Source: a virus
Reading direction: 5' to 3' (one strand)
IMG/VR virus record: IMGVR_UViG_3300039183_000005
Span: 1-64,000 of that record
Length of the DNA: 64,000 nucleotides
Of this stretch, positions 59,022-64,000 are shown one piece after another. Below the pieces are notes generated by a model. It was not told the DNA's origin. It made no database searches and worked only from the letters and a program-made list of their open reading frames with translations. Within the stretch, counting starts at the first letter, position 1. The number at the start of each line of letters is the position of its first letter. A program made the position numbers and the translations under genes.

Positions 59022-62000
59022 ATGGCCCAATGTTATTATACAGAAAATTATCAAACTTGGAGCCCATCCGGTAAGCAAGTATGGGAAGAAAAGGACTTAT
59101 CTCCATGGCTTCCGAGTACTGGAGATATAACAGCAGAAATTGTTATATTAAATAGCAATACGATAGTGGGAGTTTTTTCCGGTGGGATAAGAGCCGCTGG
59201 TTCTTCGTTAGATAGAAAATTTAATATATACAGGGTTCCATTTTATGATGGATACAATCCATTAACATTGCACGTTCAAGTTTCTGGCGGTAAAATTGAG
59301 TGCTATGCCTCAAGTGGTATAGATTTCTGTTTGTTGGGATATTGGACTGGAACTCGATATGTAGAAAAAAATGATGATTTTGCGCCTGCATCTGGTGGTG
59401 CTTGGATCAATACAAATCTTAGTACCTTTGGTGTTCCAAGCGGTGCTATAGCAGAAATTGCTCTTGGAGATGCTAATGGTAATAATAACTTCGGCGTTCG
59501 ATCTGTCGGAAATGATAATCTTCGTTACGTTAAAATGAATGCTGGAGATACCTTGCACGGTAAATATAATTACTGGACATCCCTGGTGCAAACCAGCGGC
59601 AACAATGCGACAATTCAATATTATTCACAAACCTATACGACTGGACGAAAATTATTTGTTTGTGGTTACTGGGATACTCCACCTGGGGATTATACTGATA
59701 TATTTGATAGAGATGCAGCTAATCCAATAAATGATAGTACATGGGACGTTATCGATGTAGCTAATGTACAATCTGGATATGTAGCATCATTCGGCATCAT
59801 GACCGAAGAACCACTTCATAGTCGTGTTTTAGGTATTCGTCAATCTGGAAGCATTATTGATAGAAAAAATAATATACGTTTTTCTACTGCCACAAAAATC
59901 AATATGGTATATTGTTCGCACGTAAATGTTAATCCATACATTGAAGCTTACTCAGAAGATGCTTCTGGAAGTAATGATGATTTTACTTTATTGGGTTATT
60001 GGAACAATTTTTCATCATATTTCGAATCGATAAATGCTAGCGGCAATTTATATATATGCGGACATGATATAGCTCCTGTTTTGAGTGGCAGTAAATTATA
60101 TTACACAAATTTGGTTGAAAAGCAAATTGTCGCATATGATATTGATAATTTTGAAACAGACATTATTGTCGCAAGTGGATTAAATGCCCCATATGGAATA
60201 GTGTCTGACAGCATTAGGGATCATTTATACTGGGTTGATAAAAGTGACGGAACAGTTAATAGATGTACTACAAGTGGAGATAATATCTGTATAATTAGTT
60301 CTGGATTTTCACTTCCGTCACATATAGCTTTCGACTATTTAAATAGCAATTTATATATTGTTGGTAATAGTGATGATTATATATCTAGAATTAATATTGA
60401 TGGCTCAAATAATGTTCTTATTCTTGATAGTTCTGACGGAATTTCAGCTCCTAGTAGAATTCAATTATTGCCATATTCTGGTATAATGTTTTGGACAGAA
60501 ACAGATACCACTAATGGTAAAATCAAAAAAGCTAATTTGGATGGATCAGAAATACAAACTATAGTAAGTGGTTTATATAATCCAATAGGAATAGCGTTAG
60601 ATAAAACTAACAATAAAATTTATTGGACACACACACCAACAACTGGAGACCCATTTAATGGACAAATACAAAGATCAAATTTTGATGGATCAAACATAGA
60701 AACAATTTCTGATGGATTTGGATTTTTACTTGGTCTTGTTATAGATCAATTCTCAGAATTTGCTTATGTTAATATTTATGCCGGTGCTGAAAATGATGTA
60801 ATAGCAAAAGTTAATATGTCCGACGGAACAAAAGAATATATCATCATGGTCGATGGCCATATCAACGGAATGGCTATTTACAATCCGTCTCCAGGAATTA
60901 AAACATTTACACATGGACATGACACCATATTATCTTCTAGTGATTTATTCATATCAGGAAAAGATGATAACTTAAATAATTGCAATCTTTTTATACCTGG
61001 ACACGATATAGTATCAATTTCCAGTGATTTATTTATTGATGGCGAATGTCCATGTAATGATAGTTGCGACCTATTTACATCCGCCATGCATATATGTTCA
61101 AATAATTTGAACCTTTTTGTAAAAACTTGGAATTTTGATGGAAATTGTCACTACACCGAAGATATTCATAGTTGGCATATTGAAAATAGTGGGTCGTGGG
61201 AAGTCCATGATTTAAATTCTCATATTGTTGTGCCATCTGGAGATACTCCCAGCATAGTAGCAGAAATTTTGATTTCTAATATTGGTGATATTCCATGGTC
61301 TGGTGGTGTCCGTACATTAAATTCTTCGCTAGACAGAAAAATAGGTATTTTTCAACAGGATAATATTGAATGGTCTGGTGCCAATTATGGTGCTACGATG
61401 CACGTACAACTTTCTAATGATCATAAGTTAGAATGTTACGCGCAAAACTGTGATGATATTAAATTTATTTTATTAGGATATTGGGTTGGTCCAGAATATG
61501 TCGAATTAGCCGAAAGATTCAATTTTGTTGGTGCTGCTGATTGGGCGCAAAAATCACTAGATACCTATGGAGTTGCTAGTGGTGCTATAGCCGAATTAGT
61601 TGCTGGATGTTATTATTCCTCTGAATATCGCATGGGTGCTAGACAAATAGGTTCTGATATAGACCGATTCATATATGCTGGCCGTGGACAATGGACTGGA
61701 TTGCCAGGAAGTTCACGAGGTTATTGGTCAACGTTCGTTAATACAAGCGGCAATAATGCTGTTATAGAGATCAAATCTGATTTTCCGACTTTAGTTACCG
61801 GCGGTATATATTGGATGGAAAATTTCGTTGCTGGATATTGGTCTAATCCACCTGGTGAATATACTGAACAATATACTATTGATGATGCATCTATAGGAAT
61901 AGATAGTACTTGGACAAATGTTAGTGGAACAGCACCATCAGATTCCGTAGCACAATATTATGTATCTAACAAAAAATTAACAAAACAAACACTTGGTATC

Positions 62001-64000
62001 AGATCATTAGCCAATGAGCTTGATCGTAAATTTAGTCTTCCAAGATCACCAACTAGTAAAACATCAAATTTTAGTTCGCATGTCAATGTATCGTCAGACG
62101 TAAAAGTATATGCTCAATATGGTGCCGACAATAATGAAAATATAAATTTATTAGGTTATTGGAATAATTTTAATTCATGGACACCTCTGACTTCAGATAG
62201 TATATCACTTTTTATGTCTGGGATTCCAGCTTTTATAAATACTAGTGGCGACAAAGGCGGGTTATATCCATCTGGTGTTTCATTATATATCTATGGTATT
62301 CAATCTGATAATATTGATTTGTTTACCAACGGTGCTGATAGCAGTGATGCTTCTGGAAGTTTGTTTATACATGGAATATTTAATTATGCTACTAGCCAAG
62401 AATATTCTTTGTCTTATCCATCTGGTCTTCAATGTTATACTGTCGGTAGTGGCATAATTTCAGAAAGTGGTCAATTTCCACTTGTTATTGACGGATTTAA
62501 TATACCTGAAGTATCCGGTGATCTTTTCATTAACGGTTATGATCTCTCTTCTGTGTCTGGCGATTTATTCATAAAAGCTCCTGAGCCAGCAGCATCTTCA
62601 TTAAGTCTTTTCATCTATAATCCAGTTGATCTAGGACCAGGTTTAATTAGAGAAGCTGATGCTGTATTTTATTTGAGATATTATCATGATGGCCCAGATT
62701 CAGCAGGTGATATACAGGAATTTGTAAATAACCAAACATGGTATATTCCAGAAACCTTATTTCAACACAGTCCGTTTATTGGCGTATCCGGTAAAGTGGT
62801 TGAAAATGTTGGATCATCAGAAATAATTGAACCATTTGCTCCGACTTTCGGAGATGGCACTTATCCGCAATTTAATGATCTTGGCGGACCTAATTATCGT
62901 GAAGCACTAGACACTGACTACCGCACCCCTGGAGGTGGATGGCAGTCCACTAAACTTGGTTATTCTGAAAGCACCAAATATCAACAAAATACTTGTGGCC
63001 CAATTGATGATTATCAATATCCCGGTTCTAGTAGTTTTACTACAGTTTTTTGGATGTCCGGTGCTCATACATCGGGGAATGTTGCTGAAGTAGGTTGGTT
63101 CAGAAAAGATAATGTTGAAGATTTAGATATTGCCCTAGCAGTTCACACTGTTGGTATTCGTATTGAAAGTGAAAGTGGTCTCACTGTCATAACTAATATG
63201 CGTGATGTGCCATATGAACAACCCAGCGGAGGTGGTTTATGGTGGGGCGGTACCACTCACTACGGAACTCCAACTGGAACAGACTGGACATGGCGCAGTG
63301 CAAATGAATACTGGACGTGGACAGAAGAATGGCCAACTGTACATATAGAACATAATCCAATTACTTTTGTAGCCTTACATGCGGATTTTATAGCTAGTGG
63401 TGTCGATGGTGGTCATCCCAATCACATGAAGGTATATCTGAGTCTGGATGGTCAACCATGGACGTATATTGGTTCTGGATTAACCGGTCCACCAGCAAGC
63501 TCTCTATATAGCTACAGTGATCCAAGAAATAGAAAAGCTGAAAATTGTGTTGGCGTTAGACAGCAAGGTATTAATGTCAGTGGCGGAATTATTCCTGCGG
63601 AGATTGGTGGCGTTAAACAGGGTAGTATTATTCTGTCAGAAAATGTTCTGTGGACTGATGCAGATAAATTTACCAACGGTGAATTAAGTGCTTTATACAG
63701 TGTTGTTGATCAATATTATCGGCCACTTAATGAGTATAGACCTACTATCGTTCCGCCGTCAACATATATTAAAAGAACGTTCAGTGATTTTATATATAGT
63801 CCAGCAGATATCAGTGTTGGATATAATCCAGGAGAAATTTGTTCTGGCATATTGGTAACGATTGAAGTTGGCCTTGGAGCCTACGGAGATGCTGCATCAG
63901 CTTATCTTATTGAAGAAAATATCCCATCTGGCGTATATGTCCGTAATATTAGTCGTTCTAGTGGTACATCTGCATATTACAATCAGGGATCGCGTCCTGC
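59022..64000 (+). CDS. giant tail/fibre-like protein, 3' truncated by window end (absent from ORF track)
   Basis: ATG 59022; translated by hand at start, middle and end in one frame; duplicated triple-domain modules ending GYW, YWTD propeller, LF(I)xG repeats. Confidence 0.8.
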   Translation, partial: MAQCYYTENYQTWSPSGKQVWEEKDLSPWLPSTGDITAEIVILNSNTIVGVFSGGIRAAGSSLDRKFNIYRVPFYDGYNPLTLHVQVSGGKIECYASSGIDFCLLGYWTGTRYVEKNDDFAPASGGAWINTNLSTFGVPSGAIAEIALGDANGNNNFGVRSVGNDNLRYVKMNAGDTLHGKYNYWTSLVQTSGNNATIQYYSQTYTTGRKLFVCGYWDTPPGDYTDIFDRDAANPINDSTWDVIDVANVQSGYVASFGIMTEEPLHSRVLGIRQSGSIIDRKNNIRFSTATKINMVYCSHVNVNPYIEAYSEDASGSNDDFTLLGYWNNFSSYFESINASGNLYICGHDIAPVLSGSKLYYTNLVEKQIVAYDIDNFETDIIVASGLNAPYGIVSDSIRDHLYWVDKSDGTVNRCTTSGDNICIISSGFSLPSHIAFDYLNSNLYIVGNSDDYISRINIDGSNNVLILDSSDGISAPSRIQLLPYSGIMFWTETDTTNGKIKKANLDGSEIQTIVSGLYNPIGIALDKTNNKIYWTHTPTTGDPFNGQIQRSNFDGSNIETISDGFGFLLGLVIDQFSEFAYVNIYAGAENDVIAKVNMSDGTKEYIIMVDGHINGMAIYNPSPGIKTFTHGHDTILSSSDLFISGKDDNLNNCNLFIPGHDIVSISSDLFIDGECPCNDSCDLFTSAMHICSNNLNLFVKTWNFDGNCHYTEDIHSWHIENSGSWEVHDLNSHIVVPSGDTPSIVAEILISNIGDIPWSGGVRTLNSSLDRKIGIFQQDNIEWSGANYGATMHVQLSNDHKLECYAQNCDDIKFILLGYWVGPEYVELAERFNFVGAADWAQKSLDTYGVASGAIAELVAGCYYSSEYRMGARQIGSDIDRFIYAGRGQWTGLPGSSRGYWSTFVNTSGNNAVIEIKSDFPTLVTGGIYWMENFVAGYWSNPPGEYTEQYTIDDASIGIDSTWTNVSGTAPSDSVAQYYVSNKKLTKQTLGIRSLANELDRKFSLPRSPTSKTSNFSSHVNVSSDVKVYAQYGADNNENINLLGYWNNFNSWTPLTSDSISLFMSGIPAFINTSGDKGGLYPSGVSLYIYGIQSDNIDLFTNGADSSDASGSLFIHGIFNYATSQEYSLSYPSGLQCYTVGSGIISESGQFPLVIDGFNIPEVSGDLFINGYDLSSVSGDLFIKAPEPAASSLSLFIYNPVDLGPGLIREADAVFYLRYYHDGPDSAGDIQEFVNNQTWYIPETLFQHSPFIGVSGKVVENVGSSEIIEPFAPTFGDGTYPQFNDLGGPNYREALDTDYRTPGGGWQSTKLGYSESTKYQQNTCGPIDDYQYPGSSSFTTVFWMSGAHTSGNVAEVGWFRKDNVEDLDIALAVHTVGIRIESESGLTVITNMRDVPYEQPSGGGLWWGGTTHYGTPTGTDWTWRSANEYWTWTEEWPTVHIEHNPITFVALHADFIASGVDGGHPNHMKVYLSLDGQPWTYIGSGLTGPPASSLYSYSDPRNRKAENCVGVRQQGINVSGGIIPAEIGGVKQGSIILSENVLWTDADKFTNGELSALYSVVDQYYRPLNEYRPTIVPPSTYIKRTFSDFIYSPADISVGYNPGEICSGILVTIEVGLGAYGDAASAYLIEENIPSGVYVRNISRSSGTSAYYNQGSRP

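Noticed and set aside
1-64000. CRISPR array, DGR or retron
   Set aside because: No regularly spaced direct repeats, cas genes, reverse transcriptase or adenine-specific TR/VR pair were seen by eye.
1-64000. Stop-codon reassignment
   Set aside because: Core genes are full length in the standard code and end in TAA, TAG or TGA; no suppressor tRNA is present.

Overview
64 kb of a large, AT-rich tailed dsDNA phage genome (Caudoviricetes). It has a tail tube and tape measure, and no sheath gene is visible in this window. Layout: (1) 1-11.1 kb accessory genes: AhpD-like protein, DEDD exonuclease, SMC-like ATPase, ATP-grasp protein, HNH nucleases, and a minus-strand MTase/ClpP/MazG block. (2) 11.2-25.6 kb phage sigma factor, then a packaging/head module (TerL, portal, protease-scaffold, decoration protein, MCP) interleaved with glycan-synthesis genes (glycosyltransferase, intein-containing Gmd, FkbM-type methyltransferase). 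(3) 25.7-37.4 kb homing endonucleases, a giant fibre-like protein, neck genes and the tail tube. (4) 37.5-50.8 kb accessory island with LigA, HPRT, RNA ligase, DarG-like macrodomain, NADAR-like protein, 2 tRNAs and candidate sRNAs. (5) 50.9-64 kb tail assembly genes, tape measure, and a second giant fibre-like ORF running off the end. Main hypothesis: exposed virion proteins are strongly and selectively enriched in Ser-Gly dipeptides while internal and non-structural proteins are not. Together with the late-region GT/Gmd/FkbM genes, this suggests a phage-encoded Ser-Gly-directed virion O-glycosylation system. Also present are a dispersed covarying hairpin element (3 copies), a GTGTATAA/ACGTATAA promoter regulon and several structured RNA candidates. 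All family calls come from motif recognition by eye; no searches were run.
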